A stretch of DNA of 64,000 bases, from the IMG/VR virus record IMGVR_UViG_3300031566_000001, positions 64,001-128,000 of that record. The stretch is one strand, 5' to 3'. This DNA is from a virus. Shown here one piece after another: positions 1 through 8,667 of this stretch (position 1 is the stretch's first letter; every line of letters begins with the position of its first letter). The position numbers were made by a program, and so were the translations under genes. The notes beneath the pieces are model-generated. The model made no database searches. It saw only the letters and a program-made list of their open reading frames with translations, and was not told the origin of the DNA.

Positions 1-1305
1 CCTTATGATGTTGATATAGAGAGGTCGGCCCTCGGCAGTCTGCTGATTGACCCCGCGCTCATGGCTGAGGCTGAGGCCGCTTTGCGTCCCGAGGATTTTT
101 ACCGGGACGCCCACGGCATGATCTATGGAGCTATGCTGGAGCTGTGGCGTTCTGGGTCCGCTTTGGATTACACGCTGCTATGCGGCGCATTGGAAGAGCA
201 GGGAGCCTTAGAGGCCGTGGGCGGGGCGGCGTATGTGGTCTTGCTCATAGAAGGCACTCCTACCAGTGCCCATTTCAGTTCTTATGCCCGCGAGGTTTTG
301 GCCCTAGCCAACCGGCGGCGGCTGATGTCCGCAGGCATTGAGCTACAGAACATGGCCCGAGAGGGCGGTTGCGGTGTCCCGGAGCTTGTGGAGCAGGCCC
401 AGGGCTTGCTCAGTGCGGTGTCTGCGCGGGCTGGGGCACATGGGGCAGCGGTACCCTTTGAGAGTGCCTTAGAAGCCTACTGGGGAGACCTCCGGAGTGA
501 ATTATCTGGCTCTGTGGCGCGGGTGCCCTTCGGGTTCCGGGACCTGGATGCCCTGATAGGTGGATTGAAGGCTGGAGACCTGTGTTACATTGGGGCCAGC
601 CCAAGTATGGGTAAAACGACTTTGTGCCTACAGGCAGCTCTAAATCTAGCCCTATTGGGCGTGGGGCCGACGGTGGTGTTCTCTGTGGAGAGCACGGAGG
701 CGGAGCTGGCGGGGCGTATTCTTGGCTACGTTACCGGGGTCACCTCTGATGCCATACGCAAGGGGCACGTAGTTGGGGACACGCTACCCTGGCTGGGGTT
801 GGTGGCCTCGGAGCTGCAGATACCCATTCTATTGAGGGAAGACTACGATCTGTCACCCGCAGGCATTGACGCGGCGCTTATGAGGGTATCCCCCAAGGCG
901 CGGCTAGTGGTGGTGGATCATGTGCAGCGCATGGAGGGGGGACGCAGGTTCAAGGACCGCCGGGAGGAGGTGACCTACATCTCGCGGCGCCTGAAATCCC
1001 TGGCTCAGAAGCACGAGGTCCCGGTGATTGCGGTATGTACCTTGAGTAGGGCCGTGGAGAGCCGCAAGCCCCCGAGACCTATGCTGGCAGACCTCAAAGA
1101 GACCGGAGACCTGGAGTACGATGCGGACGTGGCGATCCTGCTCTACTGGGCAGGGCGTTACGATCCGGAAAGCCCGATGCAGTTTGTGACGGAGGCCATT
1201 GTAGCCAAACATAGGGATGGGCCGTGCGGCGTGGCATACCTGCGACGTGGGGGCCAGGGGCAGTTGAGCGACTTGGTGCATAGGAACGATTCAGTGACGC
1301 TTTAG
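1..1305 (+). CDS. dnaB: Replicative DnaB-like helicase (5' end lies outside the window)
   Basis: Frame is open from base 1 (PYDVDIERSALGSLLID). Has Walker A GASPSMGKT, VVVDHVQ, LSRAVESR...P.LADLKETGDLEYDADV and IVAKHRDGP, all DnaB motifs. Confidence 0.95.
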   Translation, partial: PYDVDIERSALGSLLIDPALMAEAEAALRPEDFYRDAHGMIYGAMLELWRSGSALDYTLLCGALEEQGALEAVGGAAYVVLLIEGTPTSAHFSSYAREVLALANRRRLMSAGIELQNMAREGGCGVPELVEQAQGLLSAVSARAGAHGAAVPFESALEAYWGDLRSELSGSVARVPFGFRDLDALIGGLKAGDLCYIGASPSMGKTTLCLQAALNLALLGVGPTVVFSVESTEAELAGRILGYVTGVTSDAIRKGHVVGDTLPWLGLVASELQIPILLREDYDLSPAGIDAALMRVSPKARLVVVDHVQRMEGGRRFKDRREEVTYISRRLKSLAQKHEVPVIAVCTLSRAVESRKPPRPMLADLKETGDLEYDADVAILLYWAGRYDPESPMQFVTEAIVAKHRDGPCGVAYLRRGGQGQLSDLVHRNDSVTL

Positions 1306-1315
1306 AGGGAGGTAA

Positions 1316-1753
1316 GTGGTGAGTGAGGAAACGAGGCAACCTGTGGTGGCGGAAGCGCAAGTACAGACGGTGGAGGAGGAGGCCGCTGGTATCTTGGAGA
1401 GGATGGTGGTGATCATAACTGAGAACCTGGCAGCCACTGAGCAGCAACGTGAGTACTTGGAGCATGCACACAACACTGTGAAGAAGTGGGAGGCCGCTAT
1501 CGCGGAGGTCAATGCCAATCGTGATACGTTGCTGGCTGCGCTGGAAGCTGAGGCCAAGGGCCTGGGCCTGCAGGTCGCCCGCACCATCAAGACCACCTAT
1601 GGGACTATCAAGTACCGGAAGGGGGCCTTGAGGATCACCTATAACGCGAAGGATCTGGATGCAGTGGCCAAACTTCCTGAGCATGTCTGGTTGCTGGAGT
1701 ACCGGACGGAGAGCCAGGGCGCACCCTCAGTAACGGTCATCCCAGAGGGCTGA
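1316..1753 (+). CDS. Gam/Gp157-like phage protein (putative)
   Basis: Coiled-coil N-terminus followed by KTTYGTIKYRKG, resembling Mu Gam/siphovirus Gp157 C-termini. SD GGAGG upstream. Confidence 0.45.
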   Translation: MVSEETRQPVVAEAQVQTVEEEAAGILERMVVIITENLAATEQQREYLEHAHNTVKKWEAAIAEVNANRDTLLAALEAEAKGLGLQVARTIKTTYGTIKYRKGALRITYNAKDLDAVAKLPEHVWLLEYRTESQGAPSVTVIPEG

Positions 1754-1755
1754 GC

Positions 1756-1818
1756 CTTTTGCGCAAAAGTCAGGAGGCGGTTTTCTTTTGCCAGCAAAAG
1801 GTTCTAGTGACCTATAAT
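1756..1818 (+). promoter_or_regulatory. Bipartite palindromic element, copy 1, with promoter
   Basis: CTTTTGCGCAAAAG (1756-1769), 15 bp, CTTTTGCCAGCAAAAG (1785-1800); TTGCCA-N19-TATAAT (1813-1818). Confidence 0.8.
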
Positions 1819-2029
1819 GAGAATGGAGGTGGGTATGGATGAAGAAAAGCTATTCAACCGGGAAGTCGATGACGTGCTCTATGATGCCCGTGGTTGTCTC
1901 AGGGACCCCGACGTTTACCCTGACAGCCTTGAGGGGCGGGCTGAGCTGGCCCGTTGGCAGGAGGCAGAAGCGATGGGGATGGACCCGGCCACGGTGGACC
2001 TGCTGGACTCCGGCCAGTTGGGGTTGTGA
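1817..2029 (+). CDS. Hypothetical protein
   Basis: ORF with SD GGAGG before the ATG at 1835, the likely true start. Confidence 0.6.
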   Translation: MRMEVGMDEEKLFNREVDDVLYDARGCLRDPDVYPDSLEGRAELARWQEAEAMGMDPATVDLLDSGQLGL

Positions 2030-2040
2030 GCTGTGAGTAT

Positions 2041-2135
2041 GGGGGCGGCGGTGGGTCAGCAGTGAGATCGGCTATGGCGTCACGGGTCGGACCAACGCCA
2101 CTGTGAAAACGTAGGCCGGGCCTCCCCCCGCCTCC
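2041..2135 (+). ncRNA. Candidate structured intergenic RNA or attenuator
   Basis: Outer stem GGGGGCGG (2041-2048)/CCGCCTCC (2128-2135), inner stem TGGCGT/ACGCCA, followed by TTATTT. Confidence 0.35.
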
Positions 2136-2156
2136 TTATTTAGACAGGAGGAAACG

Positions 2157-2498
2157 ATGACAGAAGAAGCCGAAAACCCAGAGGTGGTAGAGTACCCGTT
2201 CGTCCTGCGGTCCTTGACACTGCGGGACGTGGGCAAGTTGCCCGGCCCGGTGCAGTATTCGTCTAGGGAGTACGGCACCCCTTATGCGACTTTCGACGTG
2301 AACTGGTCCGCGGAGGTCGTGGTGGAGGCCAACCCTGATGACCCGCTAGTGGAGGTTAGTGCGGCCCTGGGGGCGTTGATGAAGTGGTTTCAGAGCACCG
2401 GGGCGAAGATGGGCCGTGAGGTCCTGGCTGATATTGAGTTGAGCAAGCAAGAGGCCCGGCTGGGCATAGTCCCTAGCGTGGATGCCAACGAGCTATAG
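2157..2498 (+). CDS. Hypothetical protein
   Basis: ORF with strong SD AGGAGG. Confidence 0.7.
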   Translation: MTEEAENPEVVEYPFVLRSLTLRDVGKLPGPVQYSSREYGTPYATFDVNWSAEVVVEANPDDPLVEVSAALGALMKWFQSTGAKMGREVLADIELSKQEARLGIVPSVDANEL

Positions 2499-2509
2499 GA
2501 GGAAACGAC

Positions 2510-3544
2510 ATGGCAAAGGTACAGGAGACTGAAGGACGAGGGGATTTCGAGCATGTGCCGCAGGGTGACTACATCGCCTTCTTCGCAGGGTTCGTGCCCC
2601 GCGACGAGAACACGATGAAGCCGCGAATCAACCAGTTTGATGAGTGGAAGGACGGGGTGAAGACAGGTGGTACGGCGCCTGCTCTGCTGTGGAAGTTCGA
2701 GATCATCCACCCCAAGGAGCACCGCGGCGAGGCGCCCACGGGCAAATCATGGTGGAAGGCCCTACGGGTGGTCCAGAACGAGAAGTCCGAGAACGTCGTA
2801 CAGGTGGACCGTGTGGGCAATCTGATCACTAACATCGTCAAGTGGTCTGAGCACTGCGGTATAGAATGGGCTGCAGACCTGGGGGCGGCACTGCCTGACA
2901 AAGGCCAGATCACTGACCAGATGATCGTGGAGGCCCTGGAGAGGGCGCTTTTGGACCATGCCCGTGAGGGTGCGCTTGTGGTCATCAAGATCGGTGAGAC
3001 CGGTTACGTGGATACCAAGGATCATAACAGCGACTGCGTGATGCCTTTACCTGCGGGGCCACAGGCCAAGAAAGTTGAAGGCATCAAGTACGAGGTGCCG
3101 GACTTCTACGGTGATGCGGGGATGTCAGGTGTGGAAGCAGGAAAGTGGGCCGATGAGGATCTGGACGCGATGCGGGGTTACCTTCGTGAAACCCTACAGC
3201 CGGCCCTGATTACAGGGGAGTCGGTGTTGACTATCATGGATGCCAAGGAACGGGAGTGGCTGGCCCAGGCATTGTCTGCGGGCGGTTCAGATTACGCTCT
3301 GCGGGCACAGACCTTCGCTAACAGTATGATCGCGGCGGGGTTCGATGCGGTGGATACCAGCCTGTTGATTAGTCTGGTGGCCCTGGTCACAGGCGCACCG
3401 GCCAAGGGTAGGATTGTGGATTCACTGGCCCCGCCGCAGCTTGAGGCAGCTGTGGAGCACCTGGTGGTCTTTGCGCGGGCCTTAGGCAAGGAAGTCCCTG
3501 ATGTGCCTGTGCGGGATGCCGATGAGGGTGAGATACCCTTCTAG
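2510..3544 (+). CDS. Phage single-stranded DNA-binding-like protein
   Basis: N-terminal DFEHVPQGDY (DUF669/gp2.5-like start), acidic tail ending DEGEIPF, located in the replication module. Confidence 0.6.
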   Translation: MAKVQETEGRGDFEHVPQGDYIAFFAGFVPRDENTMKPRINQFDEWKDGVKTGGTAPALLWKFEIIHPKEHRGEAPTGKSWWKALRVVQNEKSENVVQVDRVGNLITNIVKWSEHCGIEWAADLGAALPDKGQITDQMIVEALERALLDHAREGALVVIKIGETGYVDTKDHNSDCVMPLPAGPQAKKVEGIKYEVPDFYGDAGMSGVEAGKWADEDLDAMRGYLRETLQPALITGESVLTIMDAKEREWLAQALSAGGSDYALRAQTFANSMIAAGFDAVDTSLLISLVALVTGAPAKGRIVDSLAPPQLEAAVEHLVVFARALGKEVPDVPVRDADEGEIPF

Positions 3545-3551
3545 GGGAGTT

Positions 3552-3592
3552 GGGGCAGGCGGAGGATTGCCTGCCCCGATCTTGCCTGTTTT
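3552..3592 (+). terminator. Intrinsic terminator-like hairpin
   Basis: GGGGCAGGC/GCCTGCCCC stem after the SSB stop, then ...CTGTTTT. Confidence 0.55.
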
Positions 3593-3610
3593 ACTGAGGA
3601 GGGGGAAGTG

Positions 3611-3808
3611 ATGTATGTTCAGATTAGGAAGAATGGACCTTGGCACATAGTTAGCCGGGGTAAAGATAGCGTTCTTTGGAGGGGAAGGGAATGCACCGCT
3701 TGCGGCATTCCACAGCCAGAGAGCTGGCCGGAGTTTGCTTGACCCACGATAAGCAGCAGCCCCCGCGAACCACTCTGCAAACGCTGCCTGAAGAGGAGGA
3801 AGAAGTGA
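3611..3808 (+). pseudogene. Small Zn-finger-like ORF interrupted by an in-frame TGA (3740-3742)
   Basis: MYVQIRKNGPWHIV...CTACG...EFA*PTISSSPREPLCKRCLKRRKK*. The second stop overlaps the next GTG start (GTGA). Confidence 0.5.
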
Positions 3809-4029
3809 GCGAGAGAGAGAAGATGGAGACCATAACACTAGATGAATTGTGCGACTTCGATGTGGTGCCCGCTGATGGGTGGTACATTGCCGGAGAAACT
3901 ATGGAAGTCTACAGCAGCGGCAGGCGCGTGGAGCTTGGAGAGAAGGTCTATTGCTGGAACGGTTGGGTCTGTGATGACGAAGAAGATGCCCGCAAGCTCA
4001 GCATGATGCTAGATCTGGGCACGATATAG
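3805..4029 (+). CDS. Hypothetical protein
   Basis: GTG start with SD AGGAGG, inside the ORF 3676-4029. Confidence 0.6.
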   Translation: MSEREKMETITLDELCDFDVVPADGWYIAGETMEVYSSGRRVELGEKVYCWNGWVCDDEEDARKLSMMLDLGTI

Positions 4030-4065
4030 GCGGACTCAGAGCCGGAGATGGACGGAGGATGAATC

Positions 4066-4284
4066 ATGACCATGAGCAAGAGGAAGATACTGGCGCGCCG
4101 CAACAGACTTCGCGGGACGCTATGCTCAGGGTGCAGACACAACTACTACAACTGGCCCAAGGCTGCGAGCCCTCGGGGAGATGTAGCGGTGGCCGATGAC
4201 TATTACTGCTGGCACCTACCGGACGTAGACCTGCGGAAGAAGGAGCCTTGCTGGGCGCGGTTCGTACCGGGCCAGTATCGTTGA
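4066..4284 (+). CDS. Hypothetical Cys-rich protein
   Basis: ORF with SD GGAGG and a CSGC motif. Confidence 0.55.
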   Translation: MTMSKRKILARRNRLRGTLCSGCRHNYYNWPKAASPRGDVAVADDYYCWHLPDVDLRKKEPCWARFVPGQYR

Positions 4285-4310
4285 CACCATCACTGCTACA
4301 GGAGGAAGAA

Positions 4311-4568
4311 GTGAGCACCGAGAGAGAACTGAGGGAAGCAATAGAAGATTATGATGTGAACATCGGCCTTGACCAGAGTGCCGTTGCATACGACGGGATA
4401 ATACAGGCCCTCGACGCCGCCCCCGACGGCCCGCAGATGGACCGGCTGGTGGAGTGGCTGGAGGAGAAGCGGACGACGCCAGCCAACACACCGGGAGACC
4501 GGGGCTGGGAGTCAGCATTTACGGTAGTGCTCCACCATATCGACGAGATGCAGGAGGAGCAGCCATGA
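4311..4568 (+). CDS. Hypothetical protein
   Basis: GTG start with SD AGGAGG; ATGA overlap with the next gene. Confidence 0.6.
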   Translation: MSTERELREAIEDYDVNIGLDQSAVAYDGIIQALDAAPDGPQMDRLVEWLEEKRTTPANTPGDRGWESAFTVVLHHIDEMQEEQP

Positions 4569-5038
4569 TCTTCAAACAGTGGAGGCAGGTACTCAACGGG
4601 ACCAAGACGCAGACGCGGCGGCTCAGAGGAAACAGAGATGTGTTCGACATGATGATGTGCAAGGAGCCATTCAGAGATACGGTGTTTCGGAAAGGCGTGG
4701 TGAAGTGGCAAGTTGGCCGCACCTACGCCTGCCAGCGTCCCGACGGCAAGACGATGGGGCGGACTCCTCCGCTGCGCAAGATACGGCGGGAGCGGTTGGG
4801 GGACATCTCGGACGCGGATTGCTACGCTGAGGGCATTTTGGAGGTCGAAGTCCTCGACCCGCTTTTGCGGCGGTTGGCTCACTATCCGTATCACCTTGTC
4901 TGCCCGCTGTGCGACGGAGCCTACGAAACGCCACAATCTGCCTACGCCTGCCTCTGGGACTGCTGCGGTGGGCGATGGGAGAATGACCAGAATGACGATA
5001 CGTGGGTGCTAGGGTTTGAATCGGGGTCGGGCCTCTAG
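4565..5038 (+). CDS. ASCH domain protein
   Basis: VLNGTKTQTRR and IRRERLGDISDADCYAEG are ASCH signature motifs. Confidence 0.8.
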   Translation: MIFKQWRQVLNGTKTQTRRLRGNRDVFDMMMCKEPFRDTVFRKGVVKWQVGRTYACQRPDGKTMGRTPPLRKIRRERLGDISDADCYAEGILEVEVLDPLLRRLAHYPYHLVCPLCDGAYETPQSAYACLWDCCGGRWENDQNDDTWVLGFESGSGL

Positions 5039-5091
5039 TGGAAACCTATTACTACTAGGGGACACTGCCCGGCCCCGAGAGGAGAGGGAGG

Positions 5092-5766
5092 ATGGATAAG
5101 GAATGGCTTGAGAGAAGGCTGTATAAGCGAGTGGGAACCATCTACGGTGTCCAAGAAAAGACTGAGGACGTTGACACCATCGCCGCCCAGCACGAGCAGG
5201 ATGTAGCGAGCTTGGTAGCGGTTCGTGATATGTACGCCATAGAGATAGAGGGTCTACAGGCGCAGGTGGCGGAGATGGGCGGGGCGCTGGAGTATACGCT
5301 TGTTCGGCTGAAGCCTCTCCTTGAACTAATGCGCGAAGACAGAAGGCCGACAGAGTGGGTGGAGAAGATAGAAAAGGCCCTCACCGGTGCGCCGAAGGTG
5401 CTCTATCGTGTTCTCGGTAAACTCGCAAATCTAGATCCGGAGTTGATTCCAGTTGTGCATATATGCCAGGGGCAACCCATAGATTTGTGCACGACACATC
5501 TATTTCACTATGGGAAGATAAGCGGTTCTCCTGTCGCTGTGCTAGTGCTTGAGTGTCCACCCAAGGGCGAACAGGGCTATAAGCGAGCCAGGGGCGTGAT
5601 CTCGCTGGGGGGCAAACGGCCAGAGGATGTGATAGCGGAGATGAGAGGTAGGCCCACGGAGAGCGAACAGGACTTCCCCGGGATCGAGGCGTTTGACGTG
5701 GAGCCGGATGGAAGAATCAAGCGCGTAGAGAGCGAACAGGAGGAGGCCACGGATGAGGCTAATTAA
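5092..5766 (+). CDS. Hypothetical protein
   Basis: 224-aa ORF with SD; internal ESEQ duplication. Confidence 0.65.
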   Translation: MDKEWLERRLYKRVGTIYGVQEKTEDVDTIAAQHEQDVASLVAVRDMYAIEIEGLQAQVAEMGGALEYTLVRLKPLLELMREDRRPTEWVEKIEKALTGAPKVLYRVLGKLANLDPELIPVVHICQGQPIDLCTTHLFHYGKISGSPVAVLVLECPPKGEQGYKRARGVISLGGKRPEDVIAEMRGRPTESEQDFPGIEAFDVEPDGRIKRVESEQEEATDEAN

Positions 5767-5950
5767 GCGCATTTGCGAGGGCTGTATTGGAGATGTGGGG
5801 ATTTGTCGGGAGAGGGGGATCATCAACAGACTAGAGAGCGTGAGGCGTGTGCTGTCAACCGAGTATACTGACGCCTTTGATTTGCTGGCGGGCATGGCGT
5901 CTTGTCCCAACAAGAAGAGCTTCAGGCGCGAGGAGGCCACTGATGACTAA
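5753..5950 (+). CDS. Hypothetical protein
   Basis: Starts at a GGAGGCCACNGATG junction. Confidence 0.6.
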   Translation: MRLIKRICEGCIGDVGICRERGIINRLESVRRVLSTEYTDAFDLLAGMASCPNKKSFRREEATDD

Positions 5951-6167
5951 GTGCTTCTGCTTGGATTCACCGTTTGAGCGTATGCCCATCAATGTGAATG
6001 AGCGATGCCTGGATTGTCCTACCGATTGTGGGCACAACCCCAACGCCCTGAAATGGGATGGGACCTGCTTGATCTGTGCAATGGAATGGGCCGTTGAGCT
6101 ATTCGATGGCCTAGAGGAACGGCTTGCCACAGGCGCGTATGCAGACAGGGAGGCCACCGATGGATGA
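5943..6167 (+). CDS. Hypothetical Cys-rich protein
   Basis: Starts at a GGAGGCCACNGATG junction. Confidence 0.6.
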   Translation: MTKCFCLDSPFERMPINVNERCLDCPTDCGHNPNALKWDGTCLICAMEWAVELFDGLEERLATGAYADREATDG

Positions 6168-6600
6168 GCAATTCAGTCAAGCCTACAAGGACTTCATGCT
6201 CAGCGATGAGGCGCAGGGGTTGCAGAAACACCTAGATATTCGCTTTGGGACCGCAATCCTTGCGCCGGTCATGGGGCATGACGTGATTGTATTCGTCACT
6301 GAGGTTGAGCACGACCCCAGTGCAGCGTGTGACTTCTATGCTATCTTCGAGGGCTCTGGTACGCCTAACGCATTTCTGCGTGAGGACGTGACGGTGCTCC
6401 CCTCCCTCTCCCAACTGCTCGGCGTCATCGAGGGGGCTGGGTGGGAGTGGCGCAAGTTTGCAGGATTAGTCTATGGATGGCCGATTGATCCTAACGCCAA
6501 AATCAATGCTGAATACCCTGTGTCATTTGACGACAAAGACCTTATGCTCGCCGCCGCAAAGCTGGCGGCGAGGGCGGTGGAGGAGGTCACTGATGGCTAG
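6160..6600 (+). CDS. Hypothetical protein
   Basis: Starts at a GGAGGCCACNGATG junction. Confidence 0.6.
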   Translation: MDEQFSQAYKDFMLSDEAQGLQKHLDIRFGTAILAPVMGHDVIVFVTEVEHDPSAACDFYAIFEGSGTPNAFLREDVTVLPSLSQLLGVIEGAGWEWRKFAGLVYGWPIDPNAKINAEYPVSFDDKDLMLAAAKLAARAVEEVTDG

Positions 6601-7066
6601 GGTTATTGTTAATTGTGGAGTAGTCCCTATTCAGCAAGGGGAGCAGGCTGATGGGGTGATCACCTTTGGTAAGCACGCAGGCCAGAAGCTGGGTGATGAG
6701 AGCATTTCATTCCGTTACCTGGCATGGGTCTATGCCTGGCTGGAGAACAACAGCCTACCCCCGAGCCTGGTTCATGTGCTGGAGCTAGTCTGGTACTGGG
6801 GTGACCGCAAGTGCTCCGAGGCCCAGCAGGGGGACGATAGGGAGTTCGACGAGTACGTGGACGAGGCCCGGCTGGGCATGGATGAGGCCTTCAAGGAAGA
6901 GAGTGAGGCCAAGAGATTGCAGGGTTTCCAGATGACCTACGACTATGATCCGGACCGGGACAACTGGGGCGTGGTGAGCCTGCGGGAGAAGCGTGTCCGA
7001 GACAAGGAACGGGCTCGTGAGAAGGCTGGTAAGGTTGTGGCGGAGGCAGTGGGGGGCAATGGCTAG
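6593..7066 (+). CDS. DUF3820/ExoX C-terminal-like domain protein
   Basis: ITFGKHAGQKL...YLAWV motif. Confidence 0.55.
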   Translation: MARVIVNCGVVPIQQGEQADGVITFGKHAGQKLGDESISFRYLAWVYAWLENNSLPPSLVHVLELVWYWGDRKCSEAQQGDDREFDEYVDEARLGMDEAFKEESEAKRLQGFQMTYDYDPDRDNWGVVSLREKRVRDKERAREKAGKVVAEAVGGNG

Positions 7067-7427
7067 GGCTGGCAGGCATATCATCAACCGCGTCTACTGG
7101 GCGGCTCAGGGGGCGATGGGAGCGGACTGGTCCGAGTCCGACCAGGGTATGAACAAGGCGCTTATCGGATATCTACTGGACCGGGGCTATTCTGAGAAGG
7201 ACATCATTAGCTGCGCAAGCTATGTGGGCCGGGAGCGATACATTGGCATAACGGATATGCGGCGTGTGCGCAACGTCATTGCGGCCTGGATACGGTCTGG
7301 TAGGCCTGAGGCACCCATGAAACCCGGTGAGGTTGTACGGCTGGGCAAGATAGAGGATTATGGGCGGCTGGGGCAGAAGGTGGATCATTGGACAGAGCGA
7401 TTACGGAGGCGGAGAAAAGCTGAATGA
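7059..7427 (+). CDS. Hypothetical protein (possible replication initiator partner)
   Basis: Directly upstream of, and coupled to, the DnaC-like ATPase. Confidence 0.5.
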   Translation: MARAGRHIINRVYWAAQGAMGADWSESDQGMNKALIGYLLDRGYSEKDIISCASYVGRERYIGITDMRRVRNVIAAWIRSGRPEAPMKPGEVVRLGKIEDYGRLGQKVDHWTERLRRRRKAE

Positions 7428-8371
7428 CCGGCTTTGCCCGCATAGAGGTCCTCACTAGCCGCATAGATGCACTGCGGTCTGCGTGGCAGCCGGGGGACCC
7501 CTTACCTGATTATGAGGTTGCCTTCGATGATGAAACGTGGCCCAGGGAGCGGCTACTGGAGGTTTTTCCTGAGAAGCGGGTTCCGTGGGCCTATGACCGG
7601 GGGGCGTGCCTTTGTGCAGGTCGTGTGGGGGATTGTCCCATGTGTCACGGCTCCGGCAAGTTGTGCCCCCGCTGCGGCGGGGCTGGGTATCTGGTAGAGT
7701 CGGGGGGCGGCATTACGGAGTGCACTTGCGGCTTTGCTCAAGAGCGGTACCTGCAGGCTTTGGTGGAGGAATCATCGTTTACCCCACACATGGGGGGCTG
7801 GACTTTTGAGAACGTGATGGGGAACCAGCCGGACCTTCTAGAGCTGGCTAGGGATGTGGAGGAGTGGACCAAGATCATGCTGGAGCAGCGCAAAGGATGG
7901 CTGTTTATGAACTCTTTGCCGGGTCGGGGCAAATCATACTTGGGAGCCTGTGTGCTCAACAAGGCGCGGACCTCTGGCATGGGTGGGGTGTTCTTCACGG
8001 GACCGGAGCTGGAGGAGTTTCTAAAGAGCCGCTTAGCACCTGGTGGGGGCCGCTATGAGAGCTTCCTGGAGTGGCTGATGGCTCTCAAACATACCCCACT
8101 GTTGGTCCTGGATGAGTACGGTACACAGCACACTAGCGACTGGGTAGCGGCCCGGTTCCGTGACCTTCTGGAGTTTCGTAGTGACCGGAGCGGGTTTCTG
8201 CCCACGGTGTTACTCACGAACATGACGGACCATGAGATGCCTGAGTGGCTGCTGAGTCGTCTCAGTTCACCGGAGGTTTACTGGCCGGGGACCATGGCGG
8301 CGCTCCCTGATTTGCGGCTATTGCGGGAGTTGAACCTAGACGGTGATGATATGGAGAATGCAGAGCTGTGA
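7424..8371 (+). CDS. DnaC/IstB-like AAA+ helicase loader with Zn-binding N-terminus
   Basis: CxxCxGxG repeats, Walker A PGRGKS, Walker B LLVLDE, PTVLLTN, and RL arginine finger. Confidence 0.85.
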   Translation: MTGFARIEVLTSRIDALRSAWQPGDPLPDYEVAFDDETWPRERLLEVFPEKRVPWAYDRGACLCAGRVGDCPMCHGSGKLCPRCGGAGYLVESGGGITECTCGFAQERYLQALVEESSFTPHMGGWTFENVMGNQPDLLELARDVEEWTKIMLEQRKGWLFMNSLPGRGKSYLGACVLNKARTSGMGGVFFTGPELEEFLKSRLAPGGGRYESFLEWLMALKHTPLLVLDEYGTQHTSDWVAARFRDLLEFRSDRSGFLPTVLLTNMTDHEMPEWLLSRLSSPEVYWPGTMAALPDLRLLRELNLDGDDMENAEL

Positions 8372-8667
8372 GATTGTATCGTGTTGTTGTAGGGCCTGAG
8401 AAGGTCAGGGTACCTTATGAGCCGGTGGAGACGTTTCGGGACCGGTTGGTATTACCCTTGACCCGATTCCGGGAGGAGCACGGGCAGGAGCCGAACCGCT
8501 GCTACGTGGGCATGAGCTTTCCGGATTCTTTGCCTGCGCCGATGGGGCAGGTCTCATTCCGTAGGCAGACCCTGTTGGCAGAGAATGAGGTATTGATAGG
8601 CGTGGAGATCGAAACACAGTTAGGGGGAGGAGATCATGAGTGGTTCATTGAGCGTGCAGTCGGGTAA
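8368..8667 (+). CDS. Hypothetical protein
   Basis: GTGA overlap with the upstream gene. Confidence 0.55.
   Translation: MRLYRVVVGPEKVRVPYEPVETFRDRLVLPLTRFREEHGQEPNRCYVGMSFPDSLPAPMGQVSFRRQTLLAENEVLIGVEIETQLGGGDHEWFIERAVG

Noticed and set aside
1756-1800. Bipartite element as a sigma54 promoter, terminator or canonical parS
   Set aside because: No TGGCAC-N5-TTGC spacing; the palindromes have 0-2 nt loops and AT-rich stems; no match to the TGTTTCACGTGAAACA parS consensus.
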